A stretch of 64,000 nucleotides of DNA from Octopus vulgaris (GCA_951406725.2 OX597824.1:95790001-95854000); one strand, 5' to 3'. Counted from the first letter of the stretch, positions 13,506 through 26,492 are shown. Made by a program: numbers and translations. The notes: generated from the letters alone by a model not told the origin.

Positions 13506-14581
13506 TATATATAAAATTCATTAATGCATGCATACATATATGCATACACACATATACATGCATACATACAAACACACACAAATGCATACATACATACATA
13601 CATACATACATACATACATACATACATACATACATACATACATACATACATACATACATACGTACATACATGCAAATTTTTATCGTAATTTTGCAAAGAA
13701 ACCTATTCGACATTTTTTCGAGCATGTTTTATAACCATAGAATTTTCTTCTCTGAACCAACTTTCTTTTAACCTTTCATCTTTTTTTTTTTAAATTTTCA
13801 ACTGAAAAAATATAAATTGAATCGCTATGGTATTTCAATAAATTTTAAACAATTAAAAATAAAACCTACGATTCATTTTAAGACCCATATTCATATATAT
13901 TAGTGTATATAGCATATTAGTCGTATAAAGCATTATTTATTTGCGAGACCTTAAACTCTATTAAATGGTACTTGATATATTCTGTAAGATGCTTCCTCTT
14001 TCTGCCTTTGAAGTAAGTTGTTAAAAAGAAGCTGCTAATTAGTTGAACTTTTACGAGTTCTTTGATGGTGGACTCAGTCCAAGACATTTGATAATTTAAA
14101 TATTCTACTCGAGGTACAACGCCATACCTCACAGCTGGTTTTGTAACCTATTTCGTTTAACTTATAGGTGTATTGACGTATAAACATTGGGTAAAAACAA
14201 TACATCTGGCGTGAAGGATTTCAGAAAAGTTGTTGAAGTTAGACCGTCTTATTTTTTATTAACCATACGGTTTTCACTCCTCGTCGCGGTCAAGACCTAA
14301 AAGCAGCGGTGTCGACCGTCTCAAACAAATAAATTTCAAGGATTACATAAAATTCTCATGAGATGCTAAAACTTACCGATCTATACTTGGTTTCCAAACT
14401 GTTAATGGGCGACGGCCTAAGCTGAGATTAGAGGTTTGTGCTTCCAAACTACCTGGAAGAGAAATAAAAGGCGAATATTAAAACATTTCTACAAGAAGAA
14501 GAAAGCAATAATTTAAAAATACAGTTTTTACTCATGTATACAAAAAAGGGATAAAAATAGGCTAAAGATCCTTCTCGAATC

Positions 14582-14814
14582 CTATGCACTCATAGAACCG
14601 GTTTCCTGGTTTCTGTGGCATATATTATATTCCCCAACTGGACAGGACGCGGGTCCGTCGTAGGATAACTCCTTTTTGCAAGCTGAGTGGACTGGAGCAT
14701 CGTGAAACGAAGTGCTTTGTTCAGGAACACAACACGCCGCCCTGTCCAAGAACCGAACCCACAATCTTTCGATCATAAGTCCAACACCCTAACCATTAAG
14801 CCACGTACCTCCAC
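14582..14814 (-). mobile_element. tRNA-derived SINE family D (CORE-like body)
   Basis: Minus head GTGGAGGTACGTGGCTTAATGGTTAGGGTG..GGTTCGGTTC, then TGTGTTCCTGAACAAAGCACTT and CCAGTCCACTCAGCT. Confidence 0.8.
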
Positions 14815-14917
14815 ACTCCTGTATAATTCGCGCTATTTTGTACTTGACTTTTGCTAGAAAAAACTGGGACACGACTTATACACAGTGCAAATTTAAAACT
14901 ATGAAGGGAAAAAATTT

Positions 14918-15324
14918 GGGATCTTTACCTTTTGACCGACAGATTTAAAAAATAATTTTTTGTAACTAAACACTTTTAAACTTCGTATTCTGGTAGAATG
15001 TGTCAAATAAAACATCTTTTTCTCTTGGCGTTGTTGAGAAAATTCTGTATTTTGGAAGTGACAAACGAAAAATACACCGCCGATAATTGTTGTTGACAAA
15101 CAACGGCAGTAATTTTATTCAGCTGAATACACGTCATTGATTGGTTGAAATTACCGAAATACGACAACTTTAACAAGAAATAACTTCCAAAATACAGAAT
15201 TTTCTCAACAACACCAAGAGTAAAAAATGTTTTATGTGACACATTCTACCAGTATACGAAGTTTCAAAGTGTTTAGTTACAAAAAATTATTTTCTAAATC
15301 TGTCGGTGAAAAGGTAAAGATCCC
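14918..15324. mobile_element. MITE with ~140-bp TIRs and 6-bp TSD AAATTT; same family as 2438-2889
   Basis: GGGATCTTT...AAAGATCCC ends; AAATTT at 14912-14917 and 15325-15330; shares ACGTCATTGATTGGTTGAAATT and CACATTCTACCAGTATACGAAGTTT with the 2438 element. Confidence 0.92.
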
Positions 15325-16119
15325 AAATTTGTACCAAGATTTAACCCTAAACTAGGGCAGTGACATATTCACGAGGAAATACGGTAGTTTTCGGTGTATA
15401 TTTTTTTTATACAGAAAGTGTTAACAGCTGTTTATATTAATATGGAATTTATACTTTTATCATCTCTCCTGCAATATGTAACATATTTAAATCATTTAAC
15501 TTAAAAAATGTTTTTACTTTGGTTTATTTAAGTTTTTTTTTTATACAAAACCACATCATCCACTCACATTCTAACACATTTATCTCGTGTACCTCTAAGG
15601 TTTTATTCTCCATAGGAAAACATTTTGCTTCTCATTCTCTGTAATGTATTTCCTATTAGCATCTCAAAACACTTTACATGTGTGTGTTTATGTGTTTGTT
15701 TCTGGGAGTGTGTGTGTGTGTGTGTGTATGTCTGTGTGTTTAACCATATTTAAACTCTGAATAATCTACACCTGTAAACCATTACGTGGGGAGCTGAACA
15801 ACTTACGCTTGATATTATCAAAATATTTGATGTATGTTAATCCATCCACATAAGGATTGCACGTTAAAATTAAATCAGTTTTTTATAAATATACAAACAA
15901 AAATTCATACCATGTTTTTTCAGTACAGTTCCCAAGAATATATATATGTATATATATATATAAAGTATATACATATGTATCGTTGGTTACTTTCCATACC
16001 AGTTCCTCTGACGAGCGACGTCTTCGGTTTCACCTCGTTTGTGTGCGAAACCGATTAGCAAAATAGTCTGAAATCGATCTCTAATACTGTATGGCATAAA
16101 GTTGAAGGTGAATATACAT

Positions 16120-16186
<67 letters not shown>

Positions 16187-16240
16187 TATGTGTGTGTGTG
16201 TGTGTGTGTGGGTGTGTGTATATATATATATATATATATA

Positions 16241-16378
16241 TGGCTCAGTGGTTAGAGCGTCGAGCTTACGATCGTGAGGTTGTGGGAGGCTGGTATGCAT
16301 GGGCGACTGCTGGTCTGCCATAAACAACCTTGCCCGGACTTGTGTCTAGGAGGGTAACTTTCTAGGTGCAATCCCATG
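16241..16378 (+). mobile_element. SINE (family D-related), internally deleted copy
   Basis: tRNA-like head TGGCTCAGTGGTTAGAGCG joined directly to the 3' tail seen in the neighbouring full copy. Confidence 0.85.
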
Positions 16379-16424
16379 TGTGTATGTATGTATGTGTGTA
16401 TGTATGTATATTGCTTCTGCTGAG

Positions 16425-16759
16425 ACTCCCTTTGGTCATGACTGACCATGGGATTGCACCTAGAAAGTTATCTTCCCAGGCACAAGTCCGGGCAAGGTTG
16501 TTTATGGAAGACCAGCAGTCGCCCATGCATACCGGCCTCCACTCTCCACGCCACTGATGTTCCCCAAGGGAAAGGCAAAGGGGCCGTTACAGCTTGGCAC
16601 CTGTGATGTCGCAACTCGTTTCTACAGCTGAGTGAACTGGAGCAACCTGAAATAAAGTGTCTTGCTCAAGAACACAACACGCAGCCTGGTCCCGGATTCG
16701 AACTCACAACCTCAGTATCGCAAGCTCAACGTTCTAACCACTGAGCCATGCGCCTTCAC
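16425..16759 (-). mobile_element. SINE (family D-related), full length
   Basis: Minus head GTGAAGGCGCATGGCTCAGTGGTTAGAACG..GAGTTCGAATCC, CORE-like TTGAGCAAGACACTT. Confidence 0.9.
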
Positions 16760-16912
16760 ACACACACACACACACACACATGCACATACATACATGTGTC
16801 TGTGTACTTGTATGTATACATACATATATACATATACATATACATACACATATATATATATATTCTCTCCCTCTCTCTCTCTCTCAGACAATATATATAT
16901 ATAGCGAGATAA

Positions 16913-16958
<46 letters not shown>

Positions 16959-17658
16959 GCATTTTTATTTAAAAACATTCTGATGATATCCCTTCAGGAT
17001 CAAACCTTTACCGAAATATGACGTCAATGAAATAGTCTTAATGAGTCCCGGCCCCATCTTAATAATAGTAAGTGTGTAAAATATAATTTAGCTTTCAAAA
17101 TATCTAATCTCACCCCACCCCCACCACCACCACCACCACCAAAAAAAGAAAATGGCGCTGACATTACTTTTTCCTGTTCAGTATGGAACAATGACATTTC
17201 CAGCATAAGTAACCCCTTTCAAAGCTAAATTCAGACGTTTCCAATGCAGACCGGTTTACCTTAAGCCAGTTCCTTCGTGGCATCAATTCCTGCTCCCTAT
17301 GTATTCAGCGATTCGATAGAGTTTAGCAGCAGGCGTCGTTTTCAAGAAAGCCGTCACATTACATCTCTCAGTGCGAACGCATGTGATAGATGGATTTACA
17401 GTATTTTCGCGGAACATGAGAAGCAGAGAATGTCAAAGCTGAGAAAACTGGTCGTGTTTCGTCCCACTTCTTGCTTAATATTCTCCAAAGCATATTTTGA
17501 ATACTCACAGAACATGTGAATTCTGAATATGATATATTTATTAAAGACCTCGCATCACATTAGTTGATATCATGGAATTTATTATTATTTTTTTAATGTT
17601 CGAACACATTTATTTTTTTTATATATAAACTGAAATGTATATGAAAAAAAAAAGCAAA

Positions 17659-18072
17659 GGTGCAGGAGTGGCTGTGTGGTAAGTAGCTTGCCTACCAACC
17701 ACATGGTTCCGGGTTCAGTCCCACTGCGTGGCACCTTGGGCAAGTCTCTTCTTCTATAGCCTCGGGCCGACCAAAGCCTTGTGAGTGGATTTGGTAGACG
17801 GAAACGGAAAGAAGCCCGTCGTATATATGTACATATATATATATGTGTGTGCATGTATATGTGTGTGTGTGTGTGTCTGTTTGTCCCCCTAGCATTGCTT
17901 GACAACCGATGCTGGTGTGTTTATGTCCCCGTCACGGCAAAAAGAGCCCGATAGAATAAGTACTGGGCTTACAAAGAATAAGTCCCGGGGTCGAGTTGCT
18001 CAACTAAAGGCAGTGCTCCAGCATGGCCGCAGTCAAATGACTGAAACAAGTAAAAGAGTAAAAGAGAGAGAG
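17659..18072 (+). mobile_element. SINE family A, full length
   Basis: GGTGCAGGAGTGGCTGTGTGGTAAG head, B-box GGTTCAGTCCC, CORE-like CCTTGGGCAAGT, internal microsatellite, (GTAAAAGA)n tail. Confidence 0.95.
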
Positions 18073-18419
18073 TAAACTGATAATGAGTATTACTTCAAAT
18101 GTTTTTTTTATTTACTAATTGTAAAATGTATCATATTTTTTTACGTTAATCTCTTTATGGCTTTACAGAGTTTATGGCCTTTTGCATGGAGAAGTGTATT
18201 CATAAAACGCCATTTTGATTTTCTCCTTACGCAGAACTAAGCGGAAATCGCCCAGACGAAAAGAGAAATGGAGAATGTGTGCTTATTCATTTGCTTTCCT
18301 CGAGCCCTAGGACTCGCAAGGCCGGTTACCCGGATTTCATGTCGTGTACGTGACTGGGATCACAACGCTACCCCTGAACGGGATGCCGGTCCGTTGCAGG
18401 ATTCAAGGACAGCACTTTT

Positions 18420-18815
18420 GAGGGGACTGGGGTTAGTCGATTACATTAACCCCAGCACTTGATTGGTATACTTGGTTGTTATCGATCCCAAACGGATGAA
18501 ATGCAAAGTTAACCTGTTTCTTTACAACTGGTACTTATTTAATTGACTCCGAAAGGATGAAAGGCAAAGTTGACTTCGGCGGAATCTGAACTCAGAACGT
18601 AGCGGCAGACGAAATACCTATTTCTTTACTACTCACAAGGGGCTAAACATAGAGGGGACAAACAAGGACAGACAAATGGATTAAGTCGATTATATCGACC
18701 CCAGTGCGTAACTGGTACTTATTTAATTGACTCCAAAAGGATGAAAGGCAAAGTCGACCTCGGCGGAATTTGAACTCAGAACGTAACGGCAGACGAAATA
18801 CGGCTACGCATTTCG
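18420..18815 (-). mobile_element. SINE family B, head-to-tail partial multimer
   Basis: A ~93-bp segment is repeated at 18526-18618 and 18710-18802; a third degenerate piece lies at 18420-18515. Confidence 0.85.
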
Positions 18816-18825
18816 CAATATCCAT

Positions 18826-19055
18826 GACTGGATATTGCCACAAGCGGCGGAGGTTTGAAATTAGAGTTTTCCTTCTCCTAGATGGGCAGCATTCCTTGGC
18901 TGACGAGCCCCAACTACCCAAAGCATTTGGTTTTAAGGCGCCAGAAACCCGCCTTTGCCCCTTCTCCTGTCCGTAAAAGCAGTTCCGCTACGAGCAGGCA
19001 GGGAGTTGGACTTTGGTTGTCAGAGGCTTTTTGAGACGCGTGCCATGTGGGGGCA
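18826..19055 (-). mobile_element. RTE-clade LINE 5' UTR-like fragment
   Basis: Minus strand CCCATCTAGGAGAAGGAAAACTCTAATTTCAAACCTCCG resembles a conserved RTE 5' region (recalled, not searched). Confidence 0.55.
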
Positions 19056-19716
19056 TTTTGTAGATAGTGGGCGCTTATCCCTACAACCACCCCGCCTGTG
19101 ACAACCTTCGATATAAACAGTATACAACTTTTAATGTTATTTGTGTCTGTGTTTACAGTTTTGTCCATCACTTTTCAGGTTTCTGTCTACCTATTGTAAC
19201 CTTTCATGTTGGTCATCAGTCAGTCTGTTATTTCTCTTTTGCCATTTCTGCTATTCACCTATAAAGGTTTATAAGTTTACATTTCCTCCCATTTCTCTCA
19301 GAATAAATGATAAAATAGAAAACGAAAAAGTTATCAGTCATAAAACATTAGAACAGGAACGAAAACAAACAACAAAAACATCTGCAAGAACGGTTGCATT
19401 GGCAGCCACCGGCACCACACCGGCAGAACTAGCTGCACCACCAACAGCTGCACCAGTACCAACTACACAGAGCCAAGAAACGCAATAAATAAAAAGCTTC
19501 GAATGAAATTCAACGTAAGGCAACATTAATAACAAAATCAACAACACCCTCCTCGTAGGCAGAGATAAAATCCTAATGACTATCCAGGCAGCCGACCTTT
19601 TAAAATTACACCCAACTGCTAACATCAACTTTGTTCTATCGCTAAAAGCCAACCGAATTATCCTGAATCCTCCCAACATTCCAGAGAACGGTAGTAAACC
19701 ATTAACACAAATGTCT

Positions 19717-19815
19717 GCATAAAATATCTCTGCAGCACGTAACCAGCTTGCTCTCAGACTTTCCCAACTTGAAATATTCTGTCTAATAAAAACCGTTTAC
19801 CGATTTCAGAACGTC
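19717..19815 (+). pseudogene. Degenerate hAT transposase C-terminal dimerisation-domain fragment
   Basis: Translates to IKYLCST*PACSQTFPT*NILSNKNRLP, resembling the hAT motif KYLCIPATS..SER.FS..G.I.S.KRNRL; contains stops. Confidence 0.4.
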
Positions 19816-20446
19816 GGGGGTAATATTCTAACTAATATGCAGAGAAAACACCCAATGTAGGCGGGTATTAAATAGAATGAATTTCGTAGGATATAGTATT
19901 TCATCCGTATGAGCTAAATTTTTCTGTGTAAAAACCAAACAGCAACGAGATGTTGTTTAAAGTTTTAAGTTGCACAGAAAAAGCGAAATGAGAGAAGAGA
20001 GCGAAGACGGAGAACGCAGTCGACGCTAATGGAATGGTTTGTCTTCATTGAGAGTCCATTACATTGGGAAATATCAAAATCAAGCCCGCTGTTGTACGTG
20101 TAAGATATATATTTCTGAAATGCATTCCAAACATAAACAGTAATTTTACTAGTTTTCAGATGTTGCAATTATTACTACTACAGCTGTTGTTGTTGTTGTT
20201 GTTATTGTTGCTGTAAATAAATTAAATGTTGTAACTAAATTAATAAAAAGAAAACGGAAAACGAAGAAACAAGTCGTAGCTTGGTTAGCAGAAGATGATC
20301 GCTGAAGTTCGTTTGCCGTTGGGAATCGAAAACTGTAATGTTTTTTGAGAGCAAAGTCCTCCCGAACATTTTCCAAATATGCGAATTATTGTTGTTGTTG
20401 TTATTACCGTTCTTTAGGTTCAGAAAAAAAAAATTAAACTATGTTT

Positions 20447-20905
20447 ATTGGTAAAAAGTTTGCATCCCAACCACATTGCTTCGGGTTCGGTCCCAACGCG
20501 TTGCACATTGGATGTTTTTTACTATATATATATATATATACTAGCAGTATCGCCCGGCGTTGCTCAGGTTTGTAAGGGAAATAACTATAAAGCATTTTTA
20601 GAGAGTTATAGCCAAAAAATAGCAAAAAAATGGAAAAAAGTGATGGTAAATTTTTTTGAGAGTAAAAAAAGGTGGAGTTGCGTCCCCTAGACAGTTTGCG
20701 GTTTGTATTTCTGATTCTCGACCCCATGTCGAATTTATCGATTTTTTCAGAACTGGGGGAACTTTTCAAAATTTTCGCTGCGTCAGTTTTGAATTATGAC
20801 ATTGGGCTATGTGTGTGTCAAGTTTCATCAGAATCGGTTGAAAGTCGTGGTCAGGGTGAGGGTACAAGCAAACAGACACACAGAAACACGCACAGACAAA
20901 CTGCC

Positions 20906-20955
<50 letters not shown>

Positions 20956-21165
20956 GTGTATTTGTGTGTCTGTGTTCGTCCCCCTCCAATCGCTTGACAG
21001 CCGACGTTGGTGTGTTTACGTCCTCGTAACTTAGCGGTTCGGCAAAGAGTCCGATAGAATAAATACTTGGCTTACAAAGAATAAGTCCTGGGGTAGATTT
21101 GCTCGACTAAAGGCGGTGCCCCAGCATGGCCGCAATCAAATGACTGAAGCAAGTAAAATATAAAT
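20447..21165 (+). mobile_element. SINE family A pieces flanking a Helitron
   Basis: Head fragment 20447-20525 and tail 20955-21165. Confidence 0.75.
20540..20910 (-). mobile_element. Non-autonomous Helitron (DINE/HINE-like)
   Basis: Minus 3' end CCTGAGCAACGCCGGG hairpin followed about 8 nt later by CTAG; CAGA-rich microsatellite near the other end; flanked by (TA)n. Confidence 0.72.
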
Positions 21166-21383
21166 AAATAATTACACGTACAATCCCAAATTTTATCTAA
21201 TTTGGTTTGCGGGAGTAACTGTTTTATCGAAGACGTATCTTGTCAGGAAATGCTCGAAATACGGATTAGAAAATCAGCCGACACCTGACGAAAGGTCGTT
21301 CTTTGTGTTGTCTAGTCTTGTTTTCCATGTTTCTTTCATTGTTCCATTATGTTTCTTTCGTTGTGACGTCCTGTGCCCACATT

Positions 21384-21866
<483 letters not shown>

Positions 21867-21981
21867 CGATTATGAGACCTTTCTTTTACTTCTGCGCTGA
21901 TGTGTTGCGTCATTTAACAAACCGGTCTGTCTTTCTTTCTTAAAAAATGTTGGAGAAGCCTAAAAATATGTTTATCTAATG

Positions 21982-22040
<59 letters not shown>

Positions 22041-22340
22041 CGTCGTCAACAATATAAATAGAGGATCTCTTAAATCTGTGTTTAGTTACTTAGACTCGTC
22101 ATGCAAAATTACTCCTACACATAATCTAAAACAACTTTCATGAATTAAAACACAGACTCCCACCTACTTTACGCAAATATATTTGTATAAGCAACGACGA
22201 CGAAACGCCATTGTACACAGAGCAGCACAAACTGACGAGCAAATCCTGCACTTGATCGTTATATCAAGTTTGGAAACAGGTTGTCATAATACTTAACAGA
22301 CATTTAAAGCCTCTTCCATAATTATAATTCATATTAAATA

Positions 22341-22512
22341 GACGCAGACGTGGCTGTGTGATAAGTAGCTTGCTTACCAACCACGTGGTTCCGGGTTCAG
22401 TCCCACTGCGCGACACCTTTTGCAAGTGTCTTCTACTCTAGCCTTGGGCCGACCAAAACATTGTGAGTGGATTTGATAGTCGGAAACTGGAAGAAGCCCG
22501 TTGTATATTTTT

Positions 22513-22548
<36 letters not shown>

Positions 22549-22586
22549 GTGTTTGTTCCACCGCCATTGGTTGACAACCGAAGCTG
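22341..22586 (+). mobile_element. SINE family A, 3'-truncated
   Basis: Head through TTGACAACCG. Confidence 0.85.
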
Positions 22587-22755
22587 ATAACCTTTAAATT
22601 TTTGGGAAAAAAGTGCGGATTATACTCGAGGATTTACGGTATTTCTTATTTTTATTTTCCTAAAATTTTCGTTGCATCTTGCAACCTTTTCAACAGTCTT
22701 GACTCACCAACACACGAACTCACGTAAATAATCTTGCAAACCAAATCCAAAAGCG

Positions 22756-22757
<2 letters not shown>

Positions 22758-22799
<42 letters not shown>

Positions 22800-22842
22800 G
22801 CTTGTATAAATGTATATGTATAAATATATATTTGTATATACG

Positions 22843-22874
<32 letters not shown>

Positions 22875-22939
22875 TGTATGTATGTATGTATGTATGTATG
22901 TATGTATGTGTATGTATGTATGTATGTATGTATGTATGT

Positions 22940-23020
<81 letters not shown>
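22758..23020. repeat. (TA)n/(TATG)n/(TG)n microsatellite
   Basis: Directly visible. Confidence 0.95.
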
Positions 23021-23382
23021 CACAGCATATTCTTACAGAGACTATCGCGAATAACAATAATTGTCAGTTGTCAGTTTGCTAAACTTCAACTCTCTGGAAT
23101 GTCGACCATAAGAACCAATTATTTTCGTTATACTTTTCCAGAATTACGTAACGCAAAGCTCGTCGTGTTTTCAATTACGCTGTTCCGTTTCTTCCCTTCC
23201 ATTCCGTCCACAGAATGGTCTCTTCTGAAACAGACTTTGCTGCTACTAAACGCCACTCAACAAAATAGAAGAACCAAGATAAATATCTTTTCTTATTGCT
23301 TTGTCTATTCAAATATTTACATAAACATGTGAAGTCACTGAATATAATTTTCTTTTTCTTTCATGTTGTGCGAGTGTGCGAC

Positions 23383-23415
<33 letters not shown>

Positions 23416-23539
23416 AGACACATTCTCGCACACATGCACACATATATGTATAATATATATATATATATATATATAATATATGTATAAATGATACAGACAT
23501 ATATTTACCCATTTATCTATCTATACATATCTATATTCG

Positions 23540-23540
23540 T

Positions 23541-23639
<99 letters not shown>

Positions 23640-23648
23640 AATAGATAA

Positions 23649-23699
<51 letters not shown>

Positions 23700-23700
23700 T
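23540..23700. repeat. (GATA)n microsatellite
   Basis: Directly visible. Confidence 0.95.
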
Positions 23701-24932
23701 ATCGGTGTGGGTTTTTGTATAAGTGTGTATGCGTGCATATATGCTACCACACTATCAAACCTTATTCCTCCATTATTCCAGCCAAATTTATCCACGTACA
23801 AAGCCTATCAACTACTGAATATAGTTAACGAAGACTTTTTTGGCTTCAAACAAGGTTCCACATTCCTTAAAAGCGTATTCATTCCCGAACAGATCGTATT
23901 GAATCATCTTTATGTTCTTGTGGAGACTGTTTAGAAACCTAATGCCATTAATTGTTCCAATGTAAGGCGGCGAGCAGGCAAAACTGTTCGCACGCCGGAC
24001 AAAATCTTTTGCACTCGACTTATCTGTCGCCATTTCACTGAGTTTCACCCTGCCAAACATTGACCTGAAAACTTTGCTAAACCCGTTGTTTCCAGAACTG
24101 AAACCGTCTGGAATTTCCTCTCTAACTACGTCTGTCCTATATTTTACCAGGTCCCTTTTGAATGTCACCATCACCCACCAAGTAATATGTATCAAGATTT
24201 TTCTGCTCACACTGTAATGTCCGTTCCGTTCCTTCAACACAATCACAAACATTGGCCGACCGAAGCAATGCTGTGAACTACTTCCTCTCAATGTTCATTC
24301 ACTTGTAACTAATTTAACCCCTTCATTCTGATGATTGCTTCTGGTGACGCCGAATACTCTGTCCATAACATTTAGCTCGGGGACATTAATTACATCTTAC
24401 CCCAATGTTTCATTCGAAAGTGCCAGTGGTTGACATAAAATTACTTAAAAGTCGAAACCAAGCATGCGTGTATAAATGAAGCACTATGTCCCAAATATTA
24501 GATATATTTATGTAATTATACGCATAGGCATATAATTATACATGCCTTGTGATCATCTGTGTTAATGCCTATTAATTTACATTAGAGATACGTTGGTATC
24601 CAAAGCTGAAATACTTAACTAAACTCGAATACTTTGTTCCCGTTATGGATCTAATGTTACACCGTAAGTCGTGGAAAATATTTGCTCTCCACTGCTACGA
24701 CTGAGGCTGTTTGTGAATCAAGTGAATGAGTATGGACAGTGAGTTCAGGCTTCTGCTGTTGATCAAACTCCTGGATTTACTCGTGGTCTACTCCGAGTGT
24801 TCGACTATCATAGAGGAGACCAATCCTTTCTAGATTAAATTAGTTTGAGAGTTTGAGAGTTCGAAATTTAAATTAAAGAGTAAAAAAGGTGTACAGAGTA
24901 TACACATTTAATATTTCTCACTCATATGCGTT

Positions 24933-25245
24933 ATCACCGTGATCACCGTGACCGACCAGGCTATCAGAGGTTGCTACACATCGCTGGTCACAATGCGCTT
25001 CGCATTGTTTTAGCCTTCAAACGACGCCACCCCGCCGGCTAAGCGAGCAGGCCAACAGAAGAAAGTGTGAGAGAAAGTTGTGGCGGAAGAGTATAGCAAG
25101 GATCGCTACCACCCCCACTTGCCGGAGCCTCGTGGAGCTTTAGGTGTTTTCGCGCAATAAACACTCACAACGCCCGTCTAGGAATCGAAACCGCGATCCT
25201 ACGACCGCGAGTCCGCTGCCCTAACCACTGGGCCATTGCGCCTCC
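24933..25245 (-). mobile_element. SINE family C, full length
   Basis: Minus head GGAGGCGCAATGGCCCAGTGGTTAGGGCAGCGGACTCGCGGTCG..GGTTTCGATTCC; ends in (CACGGTGAT)2. Confidence 0.92.
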
Positions 25246-25948
25246 TCCATACGCCTTATAAAGATGTTAATATTTCCAGTCATTGGTAGCCACGTAGAGC
25301 GCTATTTCATTCTTCTTTCGAATCGTCAGCACGACAAAACTCGAGGCAAATAAATTTAAGCGAAATCAAACAGATTCTATTATTGATTCCTTAAAACAAC
25401 AATCCTCTGGGCCTGTTCTTGAAAAGTAAAAACGGAAATGAAAATAATTAGGGCATATACTAGTTCAGACTTATACCCCAGCTTCTGTTTGCAGAAACAA
25501 ATTTGAACCCAGCCACACAAGATGAGAACATGCCCTTCGGTGAACATCATTGTCACACAACTAAGCGGACTGAATCAACATGCGTGGCACAACAGGTGAA
25601 CGCTGACAATATAGCTCTAATGGTGGGATTTTCTGTCCACATCATCTGGCCTTACACATGCGTCACACACACACATACACACTGCCTGAGTTTAATTATA
25701 GCTAAGCGGACTGAATCAGGAAGTCTCACGGTTTTAGTTCGTGGCACAACAGGTGAACGCTTATTAACAAATAAATATAGCTAAAAGACTAATGGTGGGA
25801 TTTTCTGTCCACAAATCTACACCCCGGCCTTACACACACGCACACACACACACGCACACACACACACACACATACACACATGCATACGCGCAAACAATCA
25901 CACACACACGCACACATACAAACGCACACACACACACACATACATGTA

Positions 25949-26018
<70 letters not shown>

Positions 26019-26492
26019 TGTATGTATGTATGTATGTGGGGTAGGTAGGTATGAATTCCCTGGACCGACAAATCCAGAGAAGTTACGTCCGGCCACTTAG
26101 AATAAACGAGCGCAAAGATTAGTTTCAGAGTGAACAAGCAATTGGTCCGTAATCATTAACGCAACAAACTATATTTTGTCGGACTAACGATTATAATTAA
26201 AGGTGTATATGTACACACACACACACACACACACAGACACACACACACATGTACATGTCTGTAGCGTAGTGGAGATATGGGCACATTCAAGAACTGCTCC
26301 TGGCGGCACATACTCTAGCTATGTCACAGTATGTATGTATATATACTTGTTGCATCACTACTTTTCTTTAGTTGATAATTGTATGTGAGCTGCACACGGA
26401 TGTTATCAGTCTTTCTACATTATCAATACACACACACAAACACACGTATACATACATGCATGTATGTATTGATTAAATAGATATTAATTTGC

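Noticed and set aside
16980-17006. CTGATGA-TATCC..GGAT-CAAACC hammerhead-like string
   Set aside because: Lacks G12 and has no stem I or III; compatible with chance.
19141-19488. 115-aa ORF with an Ala/Pro/Thr-rich end
   Set aside because: Low complexity, no clear splice pair, and adjacent to transposon relics.
23812-24291. 159-aa minus ORF
   Set aside because: Crosses a SINE B head fragment; no recognisable domain. It may be a decayed LINE, but I cannot support that.
25180-25245. tRNA gene-like sequence (also at other SINE heads)
   Set aside because: No acceptor stem or terminator; continues into a SINE body present in multiple copies.
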